Source: Fimbriosthenelais zetlandica (Eukaryota). Taken from it: a stretch of 33,000 bases of DNA. Location: the NCBI GenBank assembly GCA_977030845.1, contig OZ365110.1, positions 11,439,001-11,472,000 on the forward strand, written 5' to 3'. Of this stretch, positions 1 through 11,438 are shown in pieces (the first letter of the stretch is position 1; each line of letters begins with the position of its first letter). The translations under genes and the position numbers were made by a program. A model generated the notes under the pieces. The model did no database searches and had not been told where the DNA came from. It saw nothing but the letters and a program-made list of their open reading frames with translations.

Positions 1-293
1 CCACTTTTTCGGTTAATGCGCAGTTTGTATTGTTTTTAACAGGAAGTGTTCAAATAAGTATATATATTTTATTATGGCCATAACAACACCACAGAGAACT
101 GAAATCGTTCCAGTGTGTTCTGAGTGATAGCCCTAAAGAGAAAGTTGATACAACTACAGAGTGGCAAAAGTCCCATTGAAAAATCAATGTTGACGCTCAA
201 AATGGCTGTAAAGGAAATGTGATGTGACTTTTTGATATCCTCTGGGCCTGTAGATTCATGGTCTTCCAAGTGACTAAACACAGGGCCGAGCAT

Positions 294-444
294 TGGTGGC
301 CTGACGAGCTGCTTGCGAGCTTCTCTGGGGTCCGGTAAGCACAGGAGCGTTAAAACGACACGATCATCTGCCCCAATCCCTGGACACTAGGTCATCGTGT
401 CTAGCTTATATCAAACCTGGCAAGCACCGAAACATGCAACATCA
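294..444 (+). ncRNA. Type I hammerhead ribozyme-like motif with a very long stem II insert (probably a decayed copy)
   Basis: CTGACGA core at 301-307. Stem II GCTGCTTGC (308-316) pairs with GCAAGCACC (420-428) at 8/9 bp and is followed directly by GAAAC (429-433) and ATG. Departures from consensus: C437 where U16.1 is expected, and stem I has only 5 pairs (294-298/440-444). Confidence 0.55.
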
Positions 445-1900
445 TGACAGAGCCAGCTCAGTGCAAAATACAGGCAATACTGCAGCTTATACCTCGGTGT
501 ATCAACATTCAAGTGTATACGTTCTCTCTTTTTCTCTTTCTCTTTCTACTCCTGCTTTAGGGGTGGTGAGTATAGTGGGAACGGGAAAGGGAGAGTGGTA
601 CGAAGAACAAGGGAAGATCCCTGTTGACAAATGACATATCTCTCACGTTTAATGTAGTCTGCGGTCTGTATCCCTCGGAGGGATGAAGGGAGAGGGTTCC
701 TTTTAACTTCCTACAAGAGAGGGAACCTTTTGTGTTGCAGTACATAGCGGGATATATTGAATTTATGCGAGTGGGCCTAATGGAAAAGAGTCTATAGATA
801 CACGTGATAGTGATTGAGGGATTCAATTAGAAGATACAATATGATATCTTATAGTGATTCGCCGATGAAAATGCATACAAAGTACATTCAACATGATCCC
901 TGAATGAGTTCTTCGCAGCAAATATCTGCGAAATAAAACATACTCCATTTGGCTGACTTGAGCGTGTCAGTAACCGTAAAAGCGAAAGGCTTCTCAGTAC
1001 ACGTAATTCACGGGGGGAGTGATTGGAGTCAGTTATCAGCGTGTCATAAAGCATTCCCTCACTTTTATATTTCATAGTCTCCGCAGGAGCCACACATGCC
1101 TCCCTTCACCACCACCTGTCATTCCAGCATCATACTGTAACTTTAAACCTTCTATCCCACAGCCAGCGTCCCACTGGCCTTAATTCCACAAGATGAAAAC
1201 CCATGTCAGTGCAAATGAGACTGGCATCACACCGTGGCTTCACCAAGCCTTCACGTGGCTTCAATAGAAGCCGCTAGGGAAGAGACACCACACATTGAGC
1301 GTATCAGTGAGGCGCATGCTTGCGTAACACCCAGCTTTTGTCCCTTCACTGAATACGGGCCAGCGACGGAAATTGTACAGAGAAATCGCCCCGTCGCACG
1401 GGAAATGAGATTGCACGACTAGAGGTGAACAGTTTGAAGGCTATCATGAAACTGCCTCAATTTTCCTCGCTGAGGATATTGGCTGGCTAATGAAATGTAT
1501 AAAAACGCGCTGAGGACTTGTTCCTTGGGGCTTCTTAACCAATTCATATTGACGGTCCGGGCATATTAGCGGTGTGCAAAAGGCGATTGTAGCTGGCGAT
1601 AAGTGTTTTTCTCCGCAGTGCATGAAAGCGACCAGGAAATTATAAAGAACAGCTGAATGCATGTAATCTATACAAGAAAATAGCTATAAACAAACGTAAG
1701 TTTAGATACGGATGATACAATAGTTTATCACGACATAGTCAAAAAAATTTGGACCTTATAGCCGGGCCTATAATTATAGTGCCTATTATGAAGGTTTCAT
1801 GAAACGGTGGAAGGAAGTAATAGGCATATATATAGATTCACACTCTCCTTATAATTATATCCTACATGTTTTGTAATAAGGCTAATATTTGGATTGCAGA

Positions 1901-1995
1901 GGCCCGTTTCAAAAGAGACGCTGTATTAGTCCATTTATAACTTAACATTCACCAATAACTTTCTTTCGGAATTGAACTTTCTTTTGAAACGTGCC
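1901..1995. mobile_element. MITE, family A (TIR GGGCCYGTTTCA; PIF/Harbinger-like by TIR form)
   Basis: Left GGCCCGTTTCAAAAGA; right TCTTTTGAAACGTGCC (reverse complement GGCACGTTTCAAAAGA, 15/16 match). Confidence 0.75.
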
Positions 1996-3295
1996 TCAAG
2001 TCTGCTATACATGTATAGGCTACCATAGACATGTAAATTCAGCTCTATAGGGGTGATCCACCAAGTTTACATTAATTAAGCTTACATAATTATCCTTACA
2101 TAACCTTGTGTACACCCATAAAAACCAATATGCATCATGCAACCATAAAGACTTTTTAGAACAGCGTAGGCCTGTTTCAAAGGCCGCGCACCTTTGCGAT
2201 GTGTCAAGTGTGTGTATGGATAGTTCCAACAAAAAAACGTAACATATTCTTACATGCCTGGAAGGTGCAGTAAGGATGCGCGCGCATCCCCATTAAGTAA
2301 GAATGCATAACGTGACACTGCATGGAGGATCACCCCTATATTATATCATCCCTGAATCCCATCCAGATTTGTTTAAACATGCATGGACAGAGTATACCTT
2401 TGAACAGACTGCCATCCTTTCAAGGGGTTTAAGAGCGGCTTATGAGGATTTGCTGTGCAGTGGCGGATTTAGGGGGGGTGCGCGGGGGCGCGCGCACCCC
2501 CCTTTTCAAAATCAAGCCAGGTTTAGGCAGCTATTCTGCCTCATCCTAATTATTTAGTACAGAAGCTTCACCGTCCTAGCAGACCAATCCACTCTGGGGG
2601 AGGATGTCCCCTTGCGCACCCCTGGTGACTGGGGTGGGGGAAGGCAATAGCCGGCTTGCTTACGTAATTCAAACAGCATAATAGGTGTGAATAGGGAAAG
2701 CTAGATACTGGAAAAAATTGGGTCAAAGTGGTCAATTGGACTAAGCAGGAGCGTGCATATGTCTGCACCCCTGGCTTCTTTTAACGTGTCATTTTATCAT
2801 TCTCACTATTAGACTTTTATTGGGGGCAGTGGCTCGGTTTCCCAACTGTTTTAAGAGGCAATCCAAAGTCAAAAAGGGATTTTAATTAACACATGTGGTT
2901 ATTGTGTAAGAGACGGTACCTAAGGTGACTACACATAGCTAAACCCAGTCCACCCCAGATGACATTTTATAAGGGGTCAATGGTATCTAAAGGATGGCAC
3001 GTTCCTAGTGACCATCATACTTCATAGGGGAAGAAGCGCACCCCCCCCCACCCACCCCTGATCCACTTTCGACTGGGGTCATATCGGAAATTAACAGAAT
3101 ACCAATAAATAATTTTTAAAATTCGAAAATCGTTTAAAATATTAGTACTTCTTATTTCGAATTATTCTTTTTTATAGTTTTGTTTTGCTAAATATTGTCT
3201 TTATACTTAGATTCAAATATAAAGTAATTTAATTGTGATTGTAATGTCCTGTTAAATTTCCCTTTCCAATTAATGTCAAGTAAGGTCACCCCCGC

Positions 3296-3812
3296 CAGGG
3301 TTTCATTCAGAGGAGGGGGGGTGGGGGGGATTTATCCTCTGCATAAATTGGACAGGGGGGGGGGATATCCCCCCTCATCAACCTGCCGAGTTTTTTCAAT
3401 AACAATTTTTAAGAACTATATTTGAGCGTAAATATTTGAGCTAGAATGGCGAATAGTTTTTCACCCCTAGCCTAGCGCAGGCTCTATGTAAAATATCTCT
3501 ACTGAAGTTGTTCATTTAAGACCTTATTTTACGTCCCAAAATGCCCCAAATTACAGCTTAAATTCCAAAATTTTCCAGGGGGACATGCCCCCGGACCCCC
3601 AAGGAATGCTTCGCGCCTCCGGCCCTCGCAATCCGAGTCCTTTTGGCGCTCAGACAAATGTCTCCTCCCAGGCAATTATGAAGGAGAAACCTTGAAATTA
3701 ATTTCGAATTTTTTCCTGAAACTGTATAGTTTATTCACGTTGAAAGTAAATCTGTATAATATTTTGCCGGACACAACTATAATTTTCACAATAGGGTTAG
3801 GACCCCAAAATT

Positions 3813-3847
<35 letters not shown>

Positions 3848-3861
3848 TGGCGGAAACCCTG
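3296..3861. mobile_element. Nested non-autonomous DNA transposon (TIR CAGGGTTTC) with a 5-bp TSD (CCCGC)
   Basis: Left CAGGGTTTCATTCAG (3296-3310); right CTGGCGGAAACCCTG (ends 3861). CCCGC lies at 3291-3295 and 3862-3866. G-rich left and C-rich right subterminal tracts. Confidence 0.75.
3814..3847. repeat. Poly-C tract (34 nt)
   Basis: Uninterrupted C run inside the right end of the nested element. It explains the poly-Pro and poly-Gly ORF translations. Confidence 0.95.
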
Positions 3862-3942
3862 CCCGCGCACCCCCCTTTTGGAAATCCTGTATCCGCCCCT
3901 GCTGTGTATCGTACCAACAAATCGCACTAGGGAGAAAGCGTA

Positions 3943-4270
3943 AGGTGGTACTCCCCTGTGACGACATGCCTGTCGCAAGGGTGGCGACAGAGCTCTGTCG
4001 TGTGACATTGTCGCCGTAGTGAAGTAAGGGGTCGAGACAGACAATGTGTTTTCGCCAGCTTGACTCTTGTCGCAGCTTGTCGGGCGATAATTGTCTTTCT
4101 CGTCGGGCCTGTCAAAAGCCAGTTGTCTCTGGTTTTCTGTGGCGACATTGTCGCGCGATAATGTCGCCACACCTTTTGTAACAAAGTAATAATCTCCAGT
4201 CACATTCTGAAGAAAAAGCGACATGTTACTATGGTAATGTGACATTCACACCGTCACAGTGGCTGTCCCC
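3943..4270. mobile_element. Degenerate MITE, family B (GCGACA/TGTCGC subterminal repeats)
   Basis: Left end TCCCCTGTGACGACATGCCTGTCGCAAGGG resembles CCCACTGCGGCGACAAGCCTGTCACAAGGG of the 7096 copy. Many TGTCG/CGACA motifs. CTGTGACG (left) is inverted to CGTCACAG (~4252-4259). The right boundary is approximate. Confidence 0.55.
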
Positions 4271-6633
4271 AGGCCCTCTACTCCATGGAGACTGATGGGC
4301 AAGGGCACATTAAATTTGTACAACCGTAAGTGACAGGAAAACAAGTTTGGGTTAAGTCAGTCCAAATATCTATGAAATATTAATGCGTAGGGCCCATGAT
4401 AAAGTACAATGAACTGTGGAATATGTAATAATGTTGTGATAGTTTTAGAAGCCATTTTGTTTCAGATTGCAGTGTGAGTGATTTCTTCACTAAACGCCTA
4501 TCCTCCTGTATACAAATTAATTTTTCTTTTAAATATAGCCTTTATATTTTGGCTCCTTCATAAAGGCCCCATAACAGCCTACATGCCTGTAATTAGGTTT
4601 ACCAATACCATGCTGTTCTCCCGAATATTCTGTTCGCAGATAAAGGTAGACAAGTGATTTTTTGGCGACACATAGATATTATTAATATTGATTATACGTG
4701 TGACAACAAAATTGATAGAATATGAGACGAGGAAGACCGAAAATTTCGAGAAAACAAGTTTGCAAAAAGCGGATCTAACATAATATAGCTCTGCCAAAGT
4801 GACTACAAAAGTCGAACCCGAAAAAGGCTTCCACAAAAACGATTAGCAGTATTATGGGACATTTTTGTACTGAAACAGGCTCCCGATTTCCAGACATACC
4901 TGCAGGGAATTGTATGGCCAGCTTGGCTTAATAACAGCTCTGCTCATATTGCTGATTAAATGATTGATTTCATTACATAGTCATTCATTAACTTTTTAAA
5001 TCAGAGCCAATTGATGCATCTGACAGATTTCCTGATATAAAATATCATATTACTGCAATCCATTACCGTGTTTATCTCCTTGTATAACTAAAAACTGATA
5101 TTTTTTATACAATAACTATAATAAAGCGTGCTGACTATTAAATTTAATGAATTCCTCTTCAATTTATGGGTTTTTTCTGGAATATCATATTGCAAAAACA
5201 AATAGATCATGTAACTAATTTTGCTTTAAATTTTTCCCTTTTTCACCTACTGCACAGCCTTTTCTATTTTTTGAGGCGAAGGATGTTATAGAGTGGTATG
5301 GTAGGATCATATAAAGAAAGTATACGGTTTCATCAGGCTTTTAAATGTGACTATAGGTTGTAAGGGGAGAGGAGAAAAAAGGTTATTATTATCGGAATTG
5401 AAGCCGAGCAAGGGCCTAGAAAATTTTATTTTATTTTCTTACATAGTTATTCACGTTAAGTATGACATAATAATTATACTATTACTTGTTTGTGCGATTC
5501 GTTTCTTAAGATCAGATTTAAAATGTACATCTATAGGTCTGCACGTGAACTCTGCTGTAGGCCTTCAGCCAAATCTTGAATTCGCCGTTCGGCATCAGAT
5601 CTAACAACATCAAAAACACTTGGCTTTCTTCATACGCGTACCACAACGGGAACCAACCTTGAGAAGTGAGATTAAAAGCAGAGATGTAATGTCTTTGTCC
5701 CGTATAATCCCTTCCTCTTGAAATTGCATTGAATGGTGAACGACCATTGATTGCCAGCGTACAATTCGATTTAATGCTGTCTTAAGATCTAATCAGAGCG
5801 TTAAAGCAGAAGACCATCAGCAGTATTGATTTGCTATGTGGACTGAACCCAAGGCCTGCCCGGAGGAGCTCCGAGCCCCCAATGTCCCACATCCATTTAG
5901 TCTGCCTCCTAACCAACAGACCCTCACTCACGATGGTCATTTGCTTGCCCTTAGTCCACATAGCCCCAAGTCGCTATTATTCCCTCCCTTCGCTCTTCAG
6001 CCTAGACTCCACCAACCATTAAATAACCAAGATCAGCGCCAATATGCGCATTATTACAGTGTTTTCCAGGCCATGCCAGATGCAGGGGACCTCCCCAGGG
6101 AATATATCGGTCGGCAGGAAGACCAGAAACCCAAGAACCGGTGGCTAAAAAGCCCCTGTCAGTGATATTAATGTAGATGTATAAGATTGTTGCTGACTTG
6201 GCTTACTAAGTTACTGTTGATTTGGTTTCCATTTACCACATGGGGACGGGCTTCATGCCAGAGCCTGTTAATGACAGGTCAATTACAAGGGCAGGGCATC
6301 ATTTTTAGGTACGTGCCCAACGCATGGAGCAAGGTATAAATTAATATTGAATTTTCCTGCGACTTTCAGAAGAAAATGTCCTATACCACTTTACATTGTA
6401 CGTCACTTGTTATAATGGTTTTATAAGCTGGAATTGACATTAAATTCAATAAACGAATATGGCTGGGTCATTTATTATTAATATACCCGAGGCCCCTATT
6501 TGTCTACACCTAAGCCTAGCTCTGCTTGTATAGCCGAAGCAAATACACAGCGTCTCCCCACAAGAACGTGTCCTGTGTCAGTTCTAATCAAATCCTGTAG
6601 GTCGTAAACAAAGCACAAAATAATAGACCCTGG

Positions 6634-6729
6634 GGGCCCGTTTCATGGTAAAGATTGTACACGCTATCTATGGCAATACAATTCAGTCTATGGGCTATGC
6701 CAGCCCACGTTCTTCTATTAAACAGGCCC
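6634..6729. mobile_element. MITE, family A
   Basis: Left GGGCCCGTTTCA; right TAAACAGGCCC; internal AGTCTATGG (reverse complement of the family CCATAGACT motif). Confidence 0.65.
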
Positions 6730-6732
6730 ATA

Positions 6733-7044
6733 GGGCCCGTTTCACTACAAAGATGCATTACCTGTATATATAGGTAAGTAATTTGGATTCATGTAGTGAG
6801 TATTTACTTTGAAACAAACCCCAGAATGTGCATTACTATAGCCAGTATGGAACTTACCTTTGGCTTACAATTATGGCTTCGTGGGAAGTTAGCGGAAACT
6901 TCCTCATGTTGCTCAGATGCAAGGCAAACAATATTTTTGACAACATGCATTGACATTAAAATAGTTTCTTTTATTTTATTGGATTGACTATACATATGTA
7001 CACATTTTGGACTGCTATTTTATATTCCTTTTCAAACAGGCTCT
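6733..7044. mobile_element. Probable MITE, family A, abutting the previous copy across 3 nt (ATA)
   Basis: Left GGGCCCGTTTCAC at 6733; candidate right TIR TTTTCAAACAGGCTC ending 7044. Pairing these two ends is inferred. Confidence 0.45.
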
Positions 7045-7095
7045 TTCAGAGAATGAAATATTTAATCACTTCTCCTTCCGATTTCGAAACAATTA

Positions 7096-7271
7096 AGCCG
7101 GGCCCCCACTGCGGCGACAAGCCTGTCACAAGGGTTCAATTTCTGCTTGAAAATGTCGCTGCAATGGAGGCACATTGTCGCTTCTGTCGTATGTTGTACA
7201 TACACGTTGCGACAAAGGCTTGTCGTTGCGATATTGTCGTGCGACACTGTCGTCGCAGTGGAGGCCCGACT
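7096..7271. mobile_element. MITE, family B (PIF/Harbinger, Tourist-like), TTA TSD
   Basis: Left AGCCGGGCCCCCACTGCGGCGACA versus right reverse complement AGTCGGGCCTCCACTGCGACGACA (21/24). TTA at 7093-7095 and 7272-7274. Confidence 0.85.
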
Positions 7272-7280
7272 TTACACCAG

Positions 7281-7486
7281 GAGCCTGTTTCAAAAGGAAT
7301 ATTAGCCATAGACTTAGTATTTCTAATATTATAATGTCAATATGGGTATCAAGAAACTCTTTGTTTTACCCCAAAACTTCCTGACAACTAGGTTATCACA
7401 CCTTAAAAAATAACATGCATGTACCATAAAATTATAATATAAATGTATAACGAAACGTATACGTAGGCCTATAGTGCGAACAGGCC
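7281..7486. mobile_element. MITE, family A (right end uncertain)
   Basis: GAGCCTGTTTCAAAAGGAATATTAGCCATAGACTTAG is nearly identical to the start of the 9650 copy. Candidate right end GAACAGGCCC at 7477-7486. Confidence 0.55.
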
Positions 7487-9036
7487 CGTGCATTGGATAA
7501 CAGAAAGTAAGTATTATACATCATTGAGGAAAGTTATCAAATAACTTGTTATCGCCGCAGACTGTTAATGGAAATTGGAGAAGCACAAGCAGTATTTCAC
7601 TTTGACCGACCATTTCATCTGAAATGAGTGGGCCTTTTTATTTTGGAAGGACCCAATGGCCTAATTACTCTAATGGAATAAATTGGATGCTCTTAATCAA
7701 ATCGCCTGTCACATTCTACTGGAGCATTCATCACACTTTCTATGTATAAACTATGAATGACCTTGACACATCAAGCAATGGACATCATACAATGGGGCCT
7801 ATCAAGCTTCAAATATTCATTTGCATATATGCCAATTTAATCAAATATGGTGCACATAAGCATGATCCGTATGTCAATACTGTATGTGTCAATTGTGCCT
7901 CCTGGATATGCTCTGACAGGGCAAATGTTATTCAATGGGAAAATGTAAAATTTACAATTTACATTAATATTATACATCTATTATACTAAATAAATTACAT
8001 CAAGTTGCAAATATATAACTTTGTTAGTTTCCCTTATGCAATTTAATTTGAAATCCCTAGCTGGGAAAGAAGATCAGAGTATGTCTACTGTAATATTAGT
8101 CCGCTAGTCCACGTGCCATACATTTTCTGCTGCTTTATAAGATGTTATATTCAGGGAGATTAAATTCATTGATCACCTTAATGCCTGGCAATGAAGATGT
8201 GTAGTGATGCAGGCTCATCGCTGTTTACGATCGATTCAATCATCTGTCTGGCGTCAGGTTATCTATGGTAATCTTATATTATGAGATTCTCATAGATTAG
8301 AAATGAATAGCTGATATATGAGACCCTTGCCACAAACAATACCTCCTTAATCATCTATTTTCATCGTCAGCTTTCGCTGAAACGAATGGGGGCAATGTCC
8401 TCAACCTGGAGCTTAAAAGTGATTGCAGCAAGAGCTTCAGAGTGAATGCATGCAATGTAGCGTCACAATGAATGCAGTATACAGCCTTAAAATAAATGTA
8501 GCATCCTGAAAGTCATGCAGCCATTATATTCAAAGTCAAACTATCTAATGTTAAAAATGGTCTAATGTAGGACATGCCAGTTACGAAATCTGTCTGAGTA
8601 GTAACCTTGCTATACGGATGTCTTCTTATAAATGAATGGATCGAGAGAGAACATCTTCCTCTGTCATCAACTGAAGACATTGTCATGTACATTCATTTGG
8701 ATGACATATTCCTCTCTAAGCAGCACAAGTCACTCTGCAAATTACTAAAGGACTGACATGCATTAACCAATGGTACATGTTCTGTTTATTACATTTCCCT
8801 AAATAATATTCTCATAAAGCTGTCTTAGGAAGCTCACAAAGTAACGCAAGGAAAGTAACAAGATTGCTTTGCACTTGCGGGATAATTTAGCGACTGTCTT
8901 ACTCTTAATTGATTTGCTTCGCCTCGCGCATGTATTCCGCGTCAGGGAGGTGTGAGATATGCTGCCAAATACATGCCATGTATTCATAAAAACAATAAAC
9001 AGAAGGCTCATAATAAATTATAATCTTCGTGACTCA

Positions 9037-9228
9037 AGCCGGAACTCCACTGCTGCGATTTTGTTTGCGACACAATTGCGACAAAAGTGATGCTTGAGTT
9101 GCAATAACAAATGTACCAGTGAAGAACGGCCCTAAGGCCTAGGACAATTCGACTACATTTTATAAATTTTATTGTGACACAGACATCACTTTTGTTGCAG
9201 TAGTTCGCAAGCAAAATCGCAGCTGGCT
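9037..9228. mobile_element. MITE related to family B, long imperfect inverted arms
   Basis: Left AGCC..GCTGCGATTTTGTTTGCGAC versus right GTTCGCAAGCAAAATCGCAGCTGGCT. Inner arms TGCGACAAAAGTGATG / CATCACTTTTGTTGCA. Flanks are TCA and TAA. Confidence 0.7.
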
Positions 9229-9649
9229 TAAAGGTTGGACTCCGCTTCTGCATTTTTCATGTCCCTCCATAACTATGTGACAAAGTTAGGGACGCGACAA
9301 AGTTTGCGGCAGTGAAGTCATGTCTGTGAGAAGAGATGGACGATAGTTTATAGACATGATGTGTTGCATCTTTGTCGAATGGGGGCCGAGACATTTTCAA
9401 TCAACTTTAAAATTACTGCGCCATTTCCATCTACATTATAATTATGCCGCGTATACCCTGTCTCTTCATATCGTACCATGTGTCTCAATGCGTTGTATAT
9501 AAGCCTATCATATGGTGTTGCATAATTATCATATTATAGGTTCTTCACAGATACGGTGCAGAGATAGTGTATTTCTCTCATGATGCATGCGATTTTGGTT
9601 GTTGTCTGCGACCCAATCACTGGTGAGCAAGAAATGGAGAAACCCAAAA

Positions 9650-9716
9650 GAGCCTCTTTCAAAAGGAATATTAACCATAGACTTAGCATTGCTAATGATC
9701 CTTATGAAACAGGCCC
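9650..9716. mobile_element. Minimal 67-bp MITE, family A
   Basis: Left GAGCCTCTTTCAAAAGGA versus right reverse complement GGGCCTGTTTCATAAGGA (15/18). Internal CCATAGACT and a TTAGCATTGCTAA hairpin. Confidence 0.8.
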
Positions 9717-10960
9717 CTGCAGTTGGGTTCTTTGCATAATTTACATTGTTTTTCTGAAACAGACATTAGGTTTTCTATGTGTGTTTCAAGCCCACGAACC
9801 CTGGATGCTTCCATGTGTGGCAGGTCCCAGGCATCTGCCCACTTTACTGTCAGTGTAGATTCCACTATATACCTGCAACCTTCACAATGCTCCCCATCAT
9901 TACTATGGCGAACAATGGCCTTCTGGGAAGGATTTCTCTGTGATTCCCACAGCTGCTTAGCCAAGCACATTCCCATGACTTTAACCTGAATCTACTTGTG
10001 TGAACATCTTCCTTTCATCTGACAAGGAAAAGGAGTAATATTCTCATCCACTATACATCTATAGGGCTGCCCCATGTCAGCAGGATTCCACGGTTTCAGA
10101 AGCAGAATAAACACAATACTTAGCTCATAGATTCAATAATTAGCACTTAATGAATGGCCTTTCGTTGTCCAAGGCGGAGGCTATAATGAAGGCTACTTGC
10201 ATGATGTTTCCCTGTCAGTTTTTGTAAATGATTTTTTCTCCAACGAGAGTTTGTCAACGAGTGCTCGTAGAATTTGTACAATGACCCCCAGCTGCAGTCA
10301 AGTGGTGATGGCAAAAATTTCACACACAACCATAGTCCTATTATCCATTTTGCGAGGCTGTATCTCTGTTGATTCTAAATGGGATATGGAAAAGATTTTT
10401 TCACCAAAATGTTGAGTTTCTCTTTCAACTTTGGTTTCAAGATTCCTATGAGAACCCAAGGTATTATAGGCCTATATAGCCTTGCAAAGTAAATCACTTT
10501 TCCAAGTAGGGGGTTATTACAAAATTGCAATTTCTAAGGCTCTTAGATGTATAGCAGAGGCAATCTTTCAAATAGTGACCAAAATCGGCATGGATACTCA
10601 TAAGGGACGGCTCCATGCAAAGTAAAGCTTGTTAGCCATCCGACATTTCAATATGGCCACCATTTTCCAAGATGGCCGCCATTTCAGACATATGTCATAC
10701 GAGTACCTACATGTAAAGTTTTAGCCCTGTTGCATACGTTTTGTAGGCCTACTGTATTTGAGCACACTTGACAAATTCTCGTGTCCATATGCAAATTGCA
10801 ATCAAATTGAGAGTCAAAAGGGTGTATTGGTGGCTATCCATTTTCTAGAAAGGATTTCTATATTCCACCATCAGGTTTAAGGCTGACCGCATTAAAGTAA
10901 TTATTCAACCAATCACAAAATTTAATGTCATGGTCCTGAAATTGTATAAATCAGTGAAAC

Positions 10961-11058
10961 CCATTTCAAAGGAAAGCTACGCTATATCAGTCCATAGACT
11001 TAGACTTAACATTGCTTATATTAATTATAATAAAGTATGTGTTTCTTTTGAAATCAAC
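10961..11058. mobile_element. Degenerate MITE, family A
   Basis: CCCATTTCAAAGGA ... TCTTTTGAAAT, with internal CCATAGACTTAG shared with the 7281 and 9650 copies. Boundaries approximate. Confidence 0.5.
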
Positions 11059-11198
11059 TTTTGGCCATTGACATCCCTCGGGAGGGGAGCTCAGTAATAT
11101 ACTAAGTAGATTTATTCCCTTTGCTAGTCTAATCCTCTCAGTGTCCGCTGCTAATAGCCTCTAATATTTCTAATTGCCCCCACGAGGCGAATTGCATC

Positions 11199-11438
11199 AG
11201 GCTGAATATCGAATCAGGTTTAATTGTAGTAAAGATTGCCGGAGGAAATTATAATAGTTTGAAATATTTGACACACTTTCAGCGCCGGAAAGAAAATTGG
11301 CTAGCTTGACTCGGCACTTGAATTCATAATTTCCCTCGACACCCACCAGTTTGAGCATGTCAAATTCTTTCAGGAGGTGCGAAGAGAAAATTTATGGGGG
11401 CTTTCCATAGAAGCGCTTTCTATTGATATTCAGCACCC
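11199..11438. mobile_element. MITE (TIR GCTGAATATC) with internal inverted motifs
   Basis: GCTGAATATC (11201-11210) / GATATTCAGC (11425-11434). Internal inversions GGAAATTAT/ATAATTTCC and TTTGACACACT/AGCATGTCAAA. Confidence 0.55.

Larger units (their letters stand above)
2458..3901. mobile_element. Non-autonomous DNA transposon with CAGTGGCGGAT/ATCCGCCCCTG ends and a 5-bp TSD (CTGTG)
   Basis: Left CAGTGGCGGATTTAGGGGGGGTGCGCGGG; right GCACCCCCCTTTTGGAAATCCTGTATCCGCCCCTG. CTGTG lies at 2453-2457 and 3902-3906. Several internal GC-rich GCACCCC motifs occur at about 2610-2625, 2760-2772 and 3036-3060. Confidence 0.7.

Noticed and set aside
281-440. tRNA-derived SINE head (A-box-like GGTGGCCTGA)
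   Set aside because: No B box (GTTCRANNC) follows; the hammerhead reading explains the sequence better.
687-797. LQYIAGYI reading resembling a P-element/THAP9 C-terminal motif
   Set aside because: A single short motif in a ~36-codon open stretch with no other transposase motifs nearby.
1330-1662. Minus-strand KPQGTS..VFIHFI and QKLGVT resembling LINE RT motifs
   Set aside because: No YADD-type motif, and the spacing between the two hits is too short for a LINE RT.
2274-2289. Perfect 16-bp palindrome GGATGCGCGCGCATCC
   Set aside because: Built on a (GC)n core, single occurrence, no supporting context.
3692-4245. ORFs with poly-Pro and poly-Gly stretches
   Set aside because: They are translations of the 34-nt C tract and MITE sequence, with no protein-family motifs.
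4452-4480. Possible 8-nt microexon (TTTTGTTTCAG-ATTGCAGT-GTGAGT)
   Set aside because: Frame-shifting length, no partner exons identified, and such matches are common by chance.
5500-6165. SDLK, KTLGFL and CQRTIRF readings (LINE ORF2 C-terminus) and the 109-aa Pro-rich ORF 5836..6165
   Set aside because: Motif spacing does not fit, several frameshifts are needed, and the ORF has no recognisable domain or splice support.
8600-8750. EWI..YIHLDDIFL resembling an RT YLDD motif
   Set aside because: Isolated; no upstream DxxxAF or PxG motif found in any frame.
10300-10880. Probable DNA-transposon remnant with a YY1-like CAAGATGGCCGCC (10668-10680)
   Set aside because: Could not define TIRs, TSD or a second copy in the window, so it is not reported as a feature.
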